Origin: Tubiluchus corallicola
Taxonomy: Eukaryota > Animalia > Priapulida
DNA: 64,000 bases
Reading direction: 5' to 3'
NCBI GenBank assembly: GCA_030141605.1
Contig: JAQGDQ010000163.1
Coordinates: 124,001 to 188,000, forward strand
The stretch's first letter is position 1, and every line of letters begins with the position of its first letter. The position numbers and the translations under genes are program-made. Under the pieces are notes generated by a model. It was not told the DNA's origin. It worked only from the letters and a program-made list of their open reading frames with translations, and did no database searches. Below are positions 33,501 to 60,780 of the stretch, in pieces.

Positions 33501-35998
33501 CCGAAAAATTGTAAATTAGGCTGAGCCTCATTAAACACGCTTACAGAAGCCTCAGTAAAAATTTGGATGTCTCTATCTAATTTGCTGCAAATCAACATAT
33601 GACATTCCAAGGATGTTATTAAGTTGTTATAGCTGCACGATGTGAGTAAAATTTACTTTGTTTTGTCTTAAAATTATAACAATTAGATAATCATGCATTT
33701 GTAAGCGGTGTGAAAGCAGTCTAATTTATTATTTATATTTTTTTATACACAGCAATAAAGATATCTGAAAACACCACATGGTATGAAAATGTGGTGTTTT
33801 CATACCATGTGAAACCGGTGGAAATTATTTTCATGTTCCCGTCACAGCCCTACTAGGATTTTTAGAGAGTGAAATAAATTTATGATTATTAAGAGGAGTG
33901 AATGTCGATGCATTCAATTCAAACCTAAAATTAAGGATTTGACTTATTCGGAACTTCAGCTAAAAATATGTTCTTTATCACTAAAATGTTTGAAACAGTA
34001 TGCAATCAGCACAATTTAGTTGTAATTTCTGCACACAATTTTTAAATAAATATTAGTGTTTTACTGCAGAACAAAATAAAGCAATATGGGTGTTTTGCTA
34101 GACCGTCTTCTATTTAATTGCTGGGAAAGTTTATCCGAAAATTTTTAAAACTGAATTAGAATTTGATTCGGAATCGAAATCTTGAAATTCGGTCTGATTC
34201 AAGTTTAAAAGTCAAAAGTTCGATCATATCCGCTTTCGGATACAGAATGTTCACAGAATAATCAAAATAGTTTAAAAGACCATAGATCTACCATTTGGTA
34301 CAAGGGTAAGAATAACCAAATTCACTTTTAAAGATAGTTTGTTTAGGTTCTATAAAAGTGAAACTGGATTAACTGGTGGTATAAACAAACAGAATGTTAG
34401 CCTAATAATTAATAATAAACAGAACAAAAATGTCATTCAAGCACTAATTTTACTACCAGTACTAGTAGTAGTATTAGTAGTAGTACAGTAGGCGCCGCTT
34501 AATAGACTCACTTTGGGACCGATGTGTTTTTACCCAATTGAACCTATTAACCAATGGGTGTAGTATTACTGCTATAGAAGTATGAGTCATCAGCTTACTA
34601 TGCTGATATGCTGATGCATAGGCTTTTAATCAATTTTAGAAATGAAGTAACGCCTAAATTCCTTTGTGCAGTATATAAGTGAAATAACAATAAATTAAAA
34701 AGTATACTGTAAATGTACTGTACATCTTTGACTATTAACTCATTAAGCCCGAAAGCGTGATTTGCAAGTACAGCATCAACAGGAAACCACTAGGCAAGTG
34801 ATTAAATGTTTAGCTTCCAGAAATTCTTTGGGTAACGAGGTTAATTGCAGTGGGTGAGCGGGTAACAGATTCAAAAGCAAAAACGCTATGCTAGCGTATT
34901 AGCGCATAATAAACGTACCCATTTCCAAACAAAGCAGTACTTAACATGATTGTTTCTACATATATAATGCACAAAAGGGAAGTAAAGATAACATAAAAGT
35001 AGGAAAGGTTTGGGCACATACAAATGTCTTATTTTAAGTACGTGAAGGAAAAATGTTGAGTCAATTAAGCGAAGGTATTTGAGTCAATCACCTATAGTTT
35101 TTATGTAAACAGTAGTCACCGCTTAATAGACTCACTTTGGAACTGACGTGTTTAGGCCTAATTAACCGATTGAACCTGTTAACCGATGGGTGTAGTATTA
35201 CTGCTATAGAAGTATGAGTCATCGGCTTACTATGCACCGTAAAGGCTTTTAAATCAATTTTAGAAACTAAGTAATGCCTAAATTCCTTTGTGCAGTTAAA
35301 AATTAGAGAAAAATATTTTAAAATATTAATTTATATAAGTGAATTAGCAATAAGTTAAAAAGTATACTTTTCTAAATCACACACTTTTCTAAGTCTGTTT
35401 ATTTGCAAAAGTTACAATCAAGGTCGGCTGCTTCATGTTCTCGCGAAAAGTTGGCCCACAAAGTTCTTGTAATTATAAAAATGTTAAAATCTGTTGCTAT
35501 GCAATTACCGTTAGTTTTTATGTATATTTGAATAGAAGCGGCCAGTTCCAGGCGTTTTTGAGTCAACTAAGCGATTGAGTCTACTAAAGGTGAGTCTATT
35601 AAGCGGCGACTACTGTACTACTAGAAATTTCTTAGGCTTAGCATCTACCTCCATGAACTGTAAACTATGAACAGACAAACTTACAACTTGAGTAATTACA
35701 AAGCTAGCCTATGATAATTAGCAGCACAAAATGTAATAAAGTATCATAATTACATATATTCATTATAAATAGACTAGGTCTAGTAATATTAGTATAAATA
35801 TATAGAATGTTACAACAACGCTGCAAAGCACTGAAAGCAGCCAAATTTACAGACAGCTACTAATGGGTTTTCATTAGTTTGTTAACCAATAATGTTGTAA
35901 GTAAACAGATCAAGAGAAATAAAAATGACGAACAATTTTAACTATTTCTCAAAAAACTAAAAACTAATAACCTTTTTCAGAGCTCCGGAGGCAGCCAT
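30542..35998 (-). CDS. NDUFA5: NADH dehydrogenase (ubiquinone) 1 alpha subcomplex subunit 5, 118 aa
   Basis: Exons 35998-35972 (MAASGALKK), 32383-32222 ([28 protein letters not shown]...), 31461-31396 ([22 protein letters not shown]) and 30643-30542 ([20 protein letters not shown]...NQWTWPL*). All are phase 0 GT-AG junctions. The ORF track misses this gene. Confidence 0.95.
32830..32861 (+). ncRNA. Degenerate minimal type I hammerhead ribozyme motif (Penelope-type)
   Basis: cAgaaga-t-GGTC-agtctg-GACC-gaaa-ccggcc. Stem II and GAAA are intact; two core substitutions (CTGA>CAGA, GTC>GCC). Confidence 0.5.
33890..34255 (+). mobile_element. Diverged copy of the hAT MITE at 13248-13621
   Basis: Collinear similarity, e.g. 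ctttatca.taaaatgtttgaaa.agtatgca.t.agcacaatttag.tg. Confidence 0.7.
34486..35615. mobile_element. Tc1/pogo(Tigger)-type non-autonomous element with a duplicated left end
   Basis: TA|cagtaggcgccgcttaatagactcac ... gtgagtctattaagcggcgactactg|TA. The left ~230 bp is repeated from 35110. Confidence 0.85.
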
Positions 35999-36249
35999 GG
36001 TAGTAAAAACTAGCAAAAATACAAAAGCTGAATTGCTGGTTTTCTATTCCACCGTTCTACAAAGCTTCGATACTATGGACACGTCGATCCACTCCCCGCT
36101 GCTAATTTTGATTAATTTAATCATTAAGAACAATTCCGAAATAATAAATGCTGCTAATAACTGCTCAGGGCTATGGACCAAGGTGGAAAACGAACCTAAA
36201 TCAGTAATTCATTATGCAGTAATAAAGAGAAATGATGCGCACATTGTAG

Positions 36250-37230
36250 AATAAATGGTTACTGATGAAGCAAAGATATGGGGTGTATAGAACAGCTCGT
36301 GAGAGAGGTAGAGGTGAAGTGTTATATTCTGACCGTAACATTATAATAGTAACATTAAATTGGAGAGAAGCTTTTATTGTTGAAAATGAAAAAGATACTG
36401 TTAAAAAAGGCAAAGTACAAATTAAAGGAAAAAGATGCTTTTTTTGTTTAAAAACCTAACAGAAGTAGGAGGATTAGCAAAGACTTGAGATGGAGAAGAG
36501 AGTTGTCAAGACAAATATAACACAGGGAACCGAGAAGTATTTAAAAATGTATAGGAGAGTCTAATCAAAAATGTCAAGAAAAAGAAAGGCAAGTCAAAAA
36601 TGATAAGAATATTAACAAGAATTAGAAAAGACTTGAAAGTCCAGATATGCACGAAAGATAATGCAAAGTATGTGTAGCAAAGAAATAGAAGGAAGTTGGA
36701 CAGAAGCAGTTAGAGGTGTTAGTGAGAAATATGATATCGGTATACAGTTTGGACATATAAAAACTCTTAAAAGGTCTGTATGGAAGAAGCATGTAAAAGA
36801 AAACATGAGAAATTTACTAAAGTTAGTACACATCACCACATATACTCAAAAACTAAGTTAAGGTTCATAACTTATGAGCATGATAAACGCAAGCCGTATA
36901 TAACTGAATTAACACCGAAACAGACAAAAAGAATTTTAGAGATAACGCTTAATATGCTACCACTAAAATGTAATTATAGGAGTAAGTTTAAAGGAGATCT
37001 ATGGTGCCCACTAGGTGGTAAAGAAGAAGATACGTTAGAGCATCTATTCAAATTTACGGTAATAAGAAATGTTCTATCTACTACAGAAGTAAATTTTCAA
37101 AATCTGATTGAGTCAGAAGATCCACAAATAGCAAAGCAGTTGTTGAAATGTGTTGAAATAGCAATGGAAACAAGAAAAAGAAGAGGTGTCATGCTGGAAA
37201 TTTAGCCAAAATAACAATAGTCATAAACGG
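36250..37230 (+). mobile_element. Decayed 3' end of a non-LTR retrotransposon ORF2
   Basis: ORF 36780-37205 contains LNMLPLKCNY...WCPLGGKEEDTLEHLF, a degenerate C-terminal CCHC motif typical of LINE ORF2 ends. Confidence 0.6.
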
Positions 37231-38894
37231 TTTATAAAGCATCAAGGTTGATTACGTTACTTGTGCCTTGCACGGTGATGTTCATTTGTGCTTATCTAAC
37301 CAGATAGAGTGGACACCAAGGAAACAACAATCGAAGCAACCCCTGTTCACCTTCCAGACGCGAGCAAACAGATATGAACAGGTTGCAATATGTCAATAAA
37401 AAGTGCCTGTTTGCTAGATTAACGACAGGATTGACTTAATTTGAGAATTACACAAAACAGTTTTAAGTTCTTTTACGAATAATAAACGAATTTCAGTTTT
37501 TACTTGTTTTTTTCACCTAGATTTGGTTATTTGTTTACATCAATGTTTTATTCTTGATTTCTTGTTGTGTTTAATTTTTGAATAGCAACATTTATAAAAG
37601 TTATTGTTTATTTGCACTTGTAAGACTTGTCTGGCTTACTTTTTATCTTTCAGTTCATTAACACGTGATAATAATGTCAATTTTTTTATAGTCTAAGCTA
37701 CAAATCATCGACCAGTATTTCACTTAACAGAGCCCAATATGGCATACCATTTTTTACTTAAAGTTTTTGTCAGTGCTTTTTTGTGTGCTTTCTAATTCAT
37801 CCAAATCTGGTTTGGCAATATCGGTCCATGTCTCAGCATTATTGGTCATTAACGGTATTGCCATTTTTTCATACATTAGCCAAAAAACGTAACAGTAGTT
37901 CCAACTCTAGATGCGCTGCCAATATTTATTACCTATTGCCTCTGAGATAATAAATTTCATCCTCTTTCTCTTTTTTCAAACATACGCTAATATTTATTTT
38001 AGATATTAAACTTGTCTGCAAAGTATTTGTAGTCACAAGTTTCGTTTAATTTGGCCATTTTTCACGTTCAGTATTAGTTCTTCATTGTTCCTCTTTTTTA
38101 TCACATTAGTTGCAATGTATTTTGCTTTTTTGAAGTTGATTTGATTTGATTCAACCGACTAAATTGAAATCTACTTGAGCAAGCATTGAAATGTATTGGG
38201 TTTGTCTGCAAAATTAATCCTGTGATTGCAGAGAAATCATTAACTGTTCATCATGCAGATTATATGCGAGCCCTTATTCTTGTACCTCAATTGATCAAAT
38301 CTCCTGTTTGCAACATATTTGCAGAAGCATTATATTCTGTTCATCTCTCATCAGAAAAACATGGAATGTTCATCTAAAAAATATGAGATGTTTGGAGCGT
38401 TGCGAGTACACTTCTTGGTAACATTTTCAGCTTTAAGCCATTTACACCTACAGTATCGCCTGCTGTCGTGAATCGTAGTTCTTGCAGAACTGTTATTGCG
38501 AGTGACCTGGTTTAAGATCGAAAGTCGATAAAATTGTGTGAGTTGATATTAAACGGTTCTTATTAGTTGTTTAAATCATTGGTTATACTGCAGCTTTGGC
38601 AAGCATTATTTTCGATTATGAACGTTATCTTTACGTTTATTTTGACTCTGTCTTACCTGCTTGGTAGGTAGACCTGAGCTAAATACCCGTCTGTTACTTT
38701 TAGTGTTAGGTACAGTTACGCTGACTTAGGCGGCTGCCATAATCAGGTATTAATCTTTTTCCTTCCTGTGCGATAATGTCCTGTTTTAGCTTTTTGCCCC
38801 TACAACCAATGGCTTCCTAGTATAACATGTAATTACTGCGATACACTCGGTCCTCTTCACCAACCAGTGGTGTGAGCAAATACTGAAATTCTGT

Positions 38895-39162
38895 TGTTGG
38901 CATCCTTCTGTCTCGGAAGACAATGGAATGTGCGCCAAGACCATTGAACGTCTCCAAGGCGCACGCCTGGGCAAGGTGTATGGAGATCCTGAGTTGCCCA
39001 GACAACAGGAACCCCCTCTCTTCCTGCCTGGTGTAATCCAAATGAAAGCGATGCGATACGTTCGGCACCAGGTTGGCTGCAGGAGCTGCCGGAGTCAGTG
39101 AGCATGCTGCACTGGTTCGCCTTCGGGGCTCCACTCCTGATTTGGAAGGTTTACTCCTGAAA
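38895..39162 (+). mobile_element. Isolated RTE-clade LINE 5' UTR-like segment
   Basis: GC-rich island with several local stems. It resembles, from memory, RTE/BovB-group 5' UTRs (gacaatgga..gcgcc..gcctgggca..tatggag..gcccagac..ggcaccag..gctgcaggag.tgccgga). No ORF2 follows. Confidence 0.5.
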
Positions 39163-39992
39163 TACTGAAATAGACATTAATAAATAGTATCTTTTTGCAA
39201 GATGAATGACTGAATCAATTCAATTTCAAAATCACACCAGATTTCTTCTATATATTTCATATCGTAATTGAATTCTACATCAGTGGCACCAACAAGATGG
39301 CCAGGAAACCTCTTTGTGATACTTTTCGGAGTTTTCAAAGTTGCTTGTATTTCATTCGTCATCAGTTTTTAGATTCACTATGCATCGTTTGAAGTTATGT
39401 TGACCCAACAGAAAGTGCAAGGATGAAACTCTGTGCTGCACATCACTTTGTGTATCTCAGGCAAGCAACTTGTCCTCAGTAACGTCGTAGCAGAAAATTC
39501 AAATTTTCAGCAATTTCTCATAATTATGTGGGCTCTTAGCTTTTCCATACCTTTAGTCATTTTAATGTTCCTTGTTACACTTTTTAGTACTTCTTACATC
39601 CTGTTGGCATTGTTATTAACACAAGTTACACTATATTACAAATAAATTTTCAGTAGATATGTATACATACATAATTTTTACTGGGTAGTCTATTTATTTG
39701 TGCATGTTCATATCAGAGTCTTTATTTTATTGTGTAGGCACACATCCAAGTTTTTTCTTCTGTGCTTTCACTCAGCTGTCTTTTAATAGTTTGTAAAATG
39801 ATTTAAAGTAGTGATTTTTACGGAAGTTGAAGATTGTTTTTACTTGTTGTTGAATAGAATCTGCCACTCCTTGGTCCAAGTATCCAGTCTATGCATGTAA
39901 TGTTTGTGTCTAATGCAAAATGCACCAGTTACAATGAAACTAATATTACTATCTTTATTACTTAATTATTGTATTTATTTTGCTCGTAAATA

Positions 39993-40378
39993 CAGTGTTT
40001 CCTCATTTATCGCGGGTGTTCTGTTCCAGGCCCACCCGCGATAAGTGAATTTCCGCAAAGTAGGGACACTATACTTATTTTAGTAGTTAATACATTATTT
40101 TAAGTCTTTATAAACCCTCCCGACACTCTTATACATAACCCTTTCCCATTCCCTTAATAACTTTTCATATACTGTACATGTACCTTTTAAAAAACTGTAC
40201 GTAAATGTTCATAAAAATGTTTTAAACTCTTAAACCTAGATACATAATTTTGACGGAGTACGCAAAAACCTGCAAAACAGCGAAAATACCTCCATAAATA
40301 TTTTACATTAATATTTTTGAAAACCCGCAAAACAGCGTGTCCGCGATAAACGAACCGCGAAGTAGCGAGGGAACACTA
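39993..40378. mobile_element. Tigger/pogo-like MITE
   Basis: TA|cagtgtttcctcatttatcgcgg ... ccgcgaagtagcgagggaacacta|TA imperfect TIRs, with ccgcga subterminal motifs. Confidence 0.8.
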
Positions 40379-43300
40379 TATTAAACAAAATCTATATCTA
40401 TGGGTATAAGCATGGGGTTACTAAAACAGAAATGCTAAGTAGTCAGTAGGTATTTTTGAAAATAATAACTTTCAACTATAGGAAAATTTAGTTAGTAAAG
40501 AACTGCAATAAGAACCTTTTTTGCAATGATTAGATTGATGTTCATGGGTTTACATCAAGTCGGTTAGGTGTACAAAAATATAACTAAATCAAAGAGGCAG
40601 GTAGTAGATATGTTGCAGCAAGTCTCCATTGTTTCTCAGTTAGAATTATTAATGTGCATTCGTGGCATTTGCTCTGCTTAGTCTAGCATTGGTCACCAAC
40701 AACGTTGCTTAGAAAATAGCTACTGCGCTACTGTAATGGTGATTTCATACTGGTAAACTTGATATATGCCTGCAGAGCTCTGTGTATACTGCTGCAATTA
40801 GCTGAATTTTCTGTTTACAGCATAAGATTATTATTGCTCTACCACAGGTAAACCATAACAAGGGTATAAAACAATGTTCCTTTACACTAGAAAATTACAG
40901 AAATTTGTATCATGTTGGACTACTGACGTTCTTGCACAAAAGTTGATTTATAAAATTCTTGTATTAGCAATGACTTCAAAATCTGTTGAATTTTGACAAA
41001 TGTTCAAGCTGTGTTTTTGGAAGTCAGTTGGTAATGTGTCAAGTGGAGCATTGCTAAACCCAAATGAGAATTGCCCTTTGACCAATGCACTGTGGAATTT
41101 CATTTCTCATCTTATTCAATACAATACTATTGTGAATAAAACAGTTATAATTTGTTTGCATTAATCTATTATGTGTCTTATGCTGACTGGTGTCAATGTT
41201 TTATTTTGCTGTGAGGGTCATTTCCTTAAATGTTCCTTAAATTTGTAATTCGTAGGTATGCTAAGTAGGCTGTGTCACTGAGAGCTAGATTTTCAGTATG
41301 TCAAATAGCCAAACAGTAAAAAAACTGCTCAAATGTACATATTCAAATTTTGTACTTATAAAACAAATGCATCCCAGTTTTCTTATTAGTCAGCATGTCA
41401 CTGAAACGATATTTACACTAAATTAATAAACCAGTTGGTTTACGTATATAATGAATCATTAACCAAATGACTAGTTAAGTAAAAGAAGGTAGTGCTGTGA
41501 GCCCACCAGGATTTGTTTATTAAGTTATAGTTTCTATGCTCAAATTAAAACACAGAATAACAAAATGAATAGTTACCATGTTGCAGCATGATAGCATTTG
41601 ATGCTGGGTTTACACACATAATGTTCTGTTTAAAAATTCACATGTAAAAATATTTAGTGGTAAGTCTTCTTTGTTACATATATGACTATATAAACATTTT
41701 TGCATACTGCAAAGCTGGCTAAATGCTTTCATAATCTTTTAAAGCAAAATTTATGTTGTGTATTTTCAATACATGGCCTACATAAAAACAAGATCAGTGC
41801 AGATTTGTAATAATAATTGAATTTTCCAGTTTCATGCGCTGTGCAATATTTAATACAGTTACTTAATCTATGACTTTATAGAAGCATAGAAGCCAAAAGT
41901 TTTGTCAAAAAAATTGCTGTCACGAAGCTTTAACTTATACGTGAAATTCACATTTATATGTCAGTTAACCTTGTATTCAATTGATTATATTTGTTTTTGT
42001 GGTAAAGTTCCATTAGTCTTCTTCTGTTAAACTGTTCTTGTGTTTGCTTAGCAAATTTATTTAATTAATTGTATTAAGTGACATAGTTAGTTTATAAGTT
42101 TAAAGTTAAACCGAAAGGGTAACTTTTAGTTCTGGTACTTCTTTCCTGTGGACTAGTAACAGCTTTCCATAAGATTGAGATGAAGTTTGTCTTATTTAAT
42201 TAACGTCTGAACGTTAATAGTTTTCAAAATGACTGCTGCTGAACACACAAACTTTTATTAGCTCACATCGTAATATGTGCATCCCAACCAAAAACTGTCC
42301 ACAGATTAAAAGATTAGATAACACAAAGTTATAACTTGATAACTGATATTTTGGATAAGACAGTAGATCATCATATTCACTTAGAATTTATCAGATGCTC
42401 CATTTGGTTACTGAACGCTTTGCAAGAATTATAATATCTTGTTAGTTTTGCTGCATGTATTACTCCAAAGGTCAACAGATGCCACTAGTAGATGAAACTC
42501 TTTACAAGATGTTATAAGTGGTATCCTAGTAACGTCACATCGAATATGTGCTTATGTCACTGATTATTTCTATCCAGCATGCTGGTTGTTTGTTGTTGTG
42601 ATCAGTGTGGCTATACAGGGATGACAGGGCACAAGTCGTAATGGTGTCCGACGTGTGGCTAGATGCATGCGTGATTATGGTAAAATAAAATATAAACAAA
42701 TCTTTTTTGCAAACAAGATGGCATTTTTACTGCACGTCTGATAGTATTTTAATAATGTAGGCCTGACTGCTACTAATTCAGCAGAAGTACTATTAAAGAA
42801 GCAGTTGTGTAAAAACAAACAAGTCTGAAGTGCACTACTAAAACATGGTTCTTGCAAACTGACTTGGCATTTCAACCCGATTCTAAACCAACGCAACTTG
42901 TCATGCCATCGTAGCAGAGCATTTGTTTTTCATTGTGATTTCTAACAATTTCCTAAGGGAAGGAGTTGATTGTTTATTTATCCCGTCATTTTGATTATGT
43001 ACTGTGTTGTAGGTTCTCTAATTGCACAAATTTAAAATTGCAAAATGATACATCATGAGCTGTATATAAATTTTAAACTGTGAGCAAATGAAAATTATAC
43101 AAAAGATGCATAGTTTTTATACATATAGCTTTTTCAGAAATAAACCCTTTGAGCAAATGGGTTTAAGAACAACTATGTGCACACACGAAACACTAAACCC
43201 AGTTAATTACAACAAAATCATTGCAGCACGATTCAAACCAGTTTTAGGTCAAACAGAAGAGGACAAAGTTCAAAGTTTTAGATACAAATGTCTTTGGTAG

Positions 43301-44924
43301 ATATTTGCATCTAAAATCATATAGGTACCATTTTCTGTTGCTTGCTGCGCACATTGCTTTACTAGGTATCACATGTTTTTCCTGGTGGTGATTTTAGTGT
43401 GAAAGTTCGGTCACGACAAGGTGATTAATAATGATCACTCAGTGGTACATCATCTCAGACTTTGGAAGTTGTTCAAAGTTCAAGCTCGGATTCACATGTT
43501 TTGTGACAGATCATTTCTAGTCAATAAAGTGTCGTGTCATAGCGAACTTTAGCTCATTAATATGTGCTGAGGATTTCACAAAAACACAGTGAACTTTGTT
43601 CTTTTCATTTTCGGTCTCAACACTAATGTGGGTAGACAGCTAAGATATTGTTTAATTTCTTGAACATTCTATTAGTTCATTATTATTCGAATTCATGTTA
43701 GTTAACTTGCTTGCCTAAATTGAAGTTTTTAGCTATATCATAGAAGTGCTGTGTATTTGCTAATGTGCAGTATGATTTTACAATAGGTGGTTCTTCCATC
43801 CGTACTCCCTACTCCTCTAAAATAATGGTCTAGTCTACAGGATTGCCATAAATATGAACAGTATGACACCGCATACCACTGATATTAATACTGGCAGGAT
43901 TAACAGTAGGCAATCTTGTTTAAGAATAATGTTATTTCAAGTGTTTCGTCTGCAAGACTCTTTGTTACACTAGGGTAAAGATTTTCTCACAAGTTTTGTT
44001 TTTCTTTCAAAGTGCTTGAGAAGTTTCTGTTATCATTTTTATTTTATTAATGCTGTGGTGTTTACAATGATGTAGCCGTTGATCAATGCCGTTTTCAGAA
44101 ATAAATTTGTATTTTTTGCATACATTAAGTGGCTATGTCAGGAATATGATTAAGAAATTTATAGCCTGTTATATTATCTAGAAAGCCTTGAGGCTTAGAA
44201 AAAGATGACGGTAAAAGTCACATTAAAAACAGGATTTATATGGGCAGAATGGAATATCTATTGTGATATAAGCTTGATATTAAAAAGCATTATGTATTGT
44301 AAGCAGAATAAAAAAATTAAAAATTTTGCTCGTGGTCGTGGGTCTTTGTTGTGCAGATAATGATCTTGTAATAATAGCGATCATCTATTTTAAATCAACT
44401 CTTTTATCAATGCCGGCCAGACATGTTTTTTAAATACCAAAGTCCATTTTTGATATGTGATAGGGCTTATAAAAGTCATTAATTTCAGTGTCTTATTCAC
44501 ATCAAAATGATTTTAGTAACTGCAACAAATAAATAACAGCAATAAAAGCAAGCATGCAAGCAATTATGTCATGCCAAGAGCATGTGATGTCATCTACCGA
44601 CAAATAACAAACTAATGTGCGTGCATTAGAAATTTATGCAGGCTTTTGAAACCAGTTGAGATCAGACTGGCTATTGTGTGCATGTTATGAAATGACATAA
44701 CAGACAAAGCAAGTTTTTATACGTCAAACTGTGAAACATGGTATAAAAATGTTTTACTTTTGCTTTTTTGTGTGGATGATTTTTTGGTGCATATGTAATG
44801 AAGGTATTGTTCACTGTTAATACTCCCCATTCAATGTCCATCACATGGTCGTCTGGTTTATGCTTGTGTTGTAAGATGCGATTCATGCCATGGTTAGTAT
44901 GCAAAGAACACGACCTTAAGAATA

Positions 44925-45274
44925 ACCGAGACTATTGATCGATGACCAGACCCCGCCCATAAGGACCGATGCACAAAAGTGTGCAGCAAAACTGTGTATT
45001 TTTATGAAATCGAGGCAGGAAGTTGCTAGGGGGCAGTGCCGATGACAGTGTGTACTGCTATGACGTGGCCTCTGATTTTGCATCAGCGCCATGATGGCTG
45101 CCACGCTGGGCCGAGAGAATGGATGTCTTTGAAGATGTCCTTCGGCCCGGTTTCCCATGGCAGAGCTGTCAGAAAAATTCTGTTTCGCCACTTTCATCGG
45201 TGTCTTTGCTTTTCAGAAATTGACAGTTAGAGGGCAGCGGCGCAGTCGCAGTTTCGGAATATAGATTGTCTTTG
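44925..45274 (+). promoter_or_regulatory. GC/CpG-enriched region upstream of the AdipoR start (candidate promoter or 5' UTR)
   Basis: GC box ccccgccc (~44951), ETS-like caggaagt (~45016) and CRE-like tgacgt (45061). An AG acceptor at 45215-45216 suggests a further upstream non-coding exon. Confidence 0.35.
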
Positions 45275-58222
<12,948 letters not shown>

Positions 58223-60780
58223 TTTATAAATTAAAATTTATTGTTAATTAGTGTTTAGTAACTATATGCTAACTAGTGTGAAACATAATGCGCCAGCATC
58301 GCTTCGTGTGCGGTTTGAAACTAGTCATGTAAAATTCCTTTAAAATTAAATTTGAATTTGTTTACGCCCGAGTGGGCACAGTTACGTGTGATAAAATAAA
58401 TAGTTAATGAATCAATCTGGTTTTATGTAAACCCATTGCAGTTATAGATCTGAGTGTTCCTACAGCAAGTGACAATGTTAATGAAGCAACATAGTTGATA
58501 TTCGATTAGACATTTAATGAAACTCCAGATTCTACAATGACCTTGACACGAATCAAGTTTGTAATAAAATCCATATGATCATTTACAAAACCTGCTTTTT
58601 GCAATCTCTTCCAAAATGTCCTTGCTGCATAGTTTCATGTAAATAAGCACTCATAGTTTAGTTTTCTATTGTTTATCTCGTTCCAACTCTCTGAGTTAGT
58701 TAACTGTTAGTTAATCCAGCTATACTTAAATATTGGTGTAAATTACTTCTGTTACCCATGAAATCCAGCCTGTATTGTTCAGAAAAACTGTTGCAGTTTT
58801 TCAAAATTCGCTTTACTATAAAGCGATATTCAACTCGCTGCACAAAAGCACAGACAGTATCAATGGGTCTAAGTTTGTCAAGTATAACTCGATAATAATT
58901 GATAGTATTAAATGCACTAATTCAAAATGAATATCGTGTTATTAAAGTCATTACTGTAAATGAATGTTTGACACGGCAGTGATTTTGAAATTCACAATGA
59001 AAAGTTATATTTTCAGAGAACTTCAAACTTAAGCATTAGTCAACCACAGTACAACAAATGTATGCTATATCAGAGAACTGATTTTCCCACCAGAAATGTG
59101 TGCAGCATTTTCAAGAGATGAAAACACATTGACAAAAATTAGTGTTGAAGACATCAATACTTTTGCTAGGATATCAGCAATGTTTATTAATCGTGACCTA
59201 TCTTGACAGCTTGGCTTCTCCGAAATATTGTAGATAATATGTATAGTTAGTACTGGGACATTGAAGCATTGTGTGATATCAATAAACAATCTATACCATT
59301 TTCAGCATCTACAGTAGTAGTAAAATTTACTTTTTTACACTTGCTTTTCTGTTCTCTAACCATCTCATTTTCTTGTCCCATGCATTTTCTTTTTTTGTCC
59401 CTTTTGTTAAAATAACTTCTTTGGCTAAAGTAAATTGTTAATTCCGAAATTTGTTTTTTGCGTAACTGAATGTAATATTGGAACCACAACTTGGTTGTTT
59501 GTTACTCCCATCTATACCTTTCTAAGCTGCCTGCTTATGTACATTACTGTATTTAGTTTAAACTTTAAAGTAATTTATTATATGTCGTAAATGGCCGTGG
59601 ATATATTTTAGCTAATGCGTGTGTATCTGTGGCTCTGCCGCTCATGTTACTACCTATGAATGAAGTGCTAGTGCTGGCACATGGTGGAGCAAAACCGAAG
59701 CTCGTTTCACTACTATGCAAGTTAGACAGGATTCCGGTGGATGCGAAACAGTTTCTTATAAACATTTCTGATTCTGAACTTGTAAAAACCACACTGCACA
59801 AGTGACCTTTTCTGCATACGCTTGTTTATGGAAGGCTATGAACAATAGCTTTCACAGTATTTTGTCTAACATACTGTGTTGTAACACATTGTAGGTAGTT
59901 TGTTAGCTTGGTAATTTGTTAATTTGTAATGCCCTTTGCAAACTTTGCTTTATGTTGTGGGTGACTCAAACATGACACTACTGTTTTGTGTGTAAGTGCG
60001 CATCAGTGTTTCCTTTGCATGTGAATCTCGTTGAGAAATTGTGTAACTATGACATCATTTCCATGCCAATGGGCCTTCTCAAATGTGTAGCCTAGGTCGA
60101 TGTCAGTGAAATATTCTTAGTGGACCGACCTGGCAAGTAAATCATCGTCATATGCACAGTTGGCCTACATGTGCTTTGGCAGCCCATAAAAATGGCTTGA
60201 TTTAACTTTCTTTTTGTATTTGAAATTGTTACAAACTGAAGCACTTGCATAACTGTAGTGATGATAATGTCATGCTGTTTCATGCAGTTAGTCCTCCCTT
60301 TTCTTCATCATGTCACACGCTCATTAGCTTTGCCTGTTGCATCACAAATGCCATAATGATTAACTGCTATTCATTTGGTATGCTGTATGTATCCTTCTTG
60401 TTCTCGGTTGTGTATCCTTCTCAAAGCAGTAAATGTAGATGCAAGTTTGGTCACATTGTATTCATAAGTTGTTAAAGATAACAGTTAAATGTTACAGTAC
60501 ATACCTTATGAGCACATAATATAGTGCAATTAATATTATTCGTGTGACTAATGTCTTTCATGAAGTAATCGTGTTCACAATTCATGAAACTTTTCAGTGC
60601 AATGAAACTTTTTGGGACTTTTTTCCTAGTGGATGCTAGAAAAAACTTTCAATTAACTGGAAATTTGAGCGAGCTAGAGTTGTGCTCCTCGGACGACTGC
60701 ACCATCGCACTTAATGAGCACTGAAAAAACAAATTTCGGTCAAAAAACATCACTGTCCCAAATGTAATTCTCGTACAACG

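Noticed and set aside
40760-42680. Possible non-coding upstream exons of AdipoR
   Set aside because: Splice-like signals are present but cannot be distinguished from chance without transcript data.
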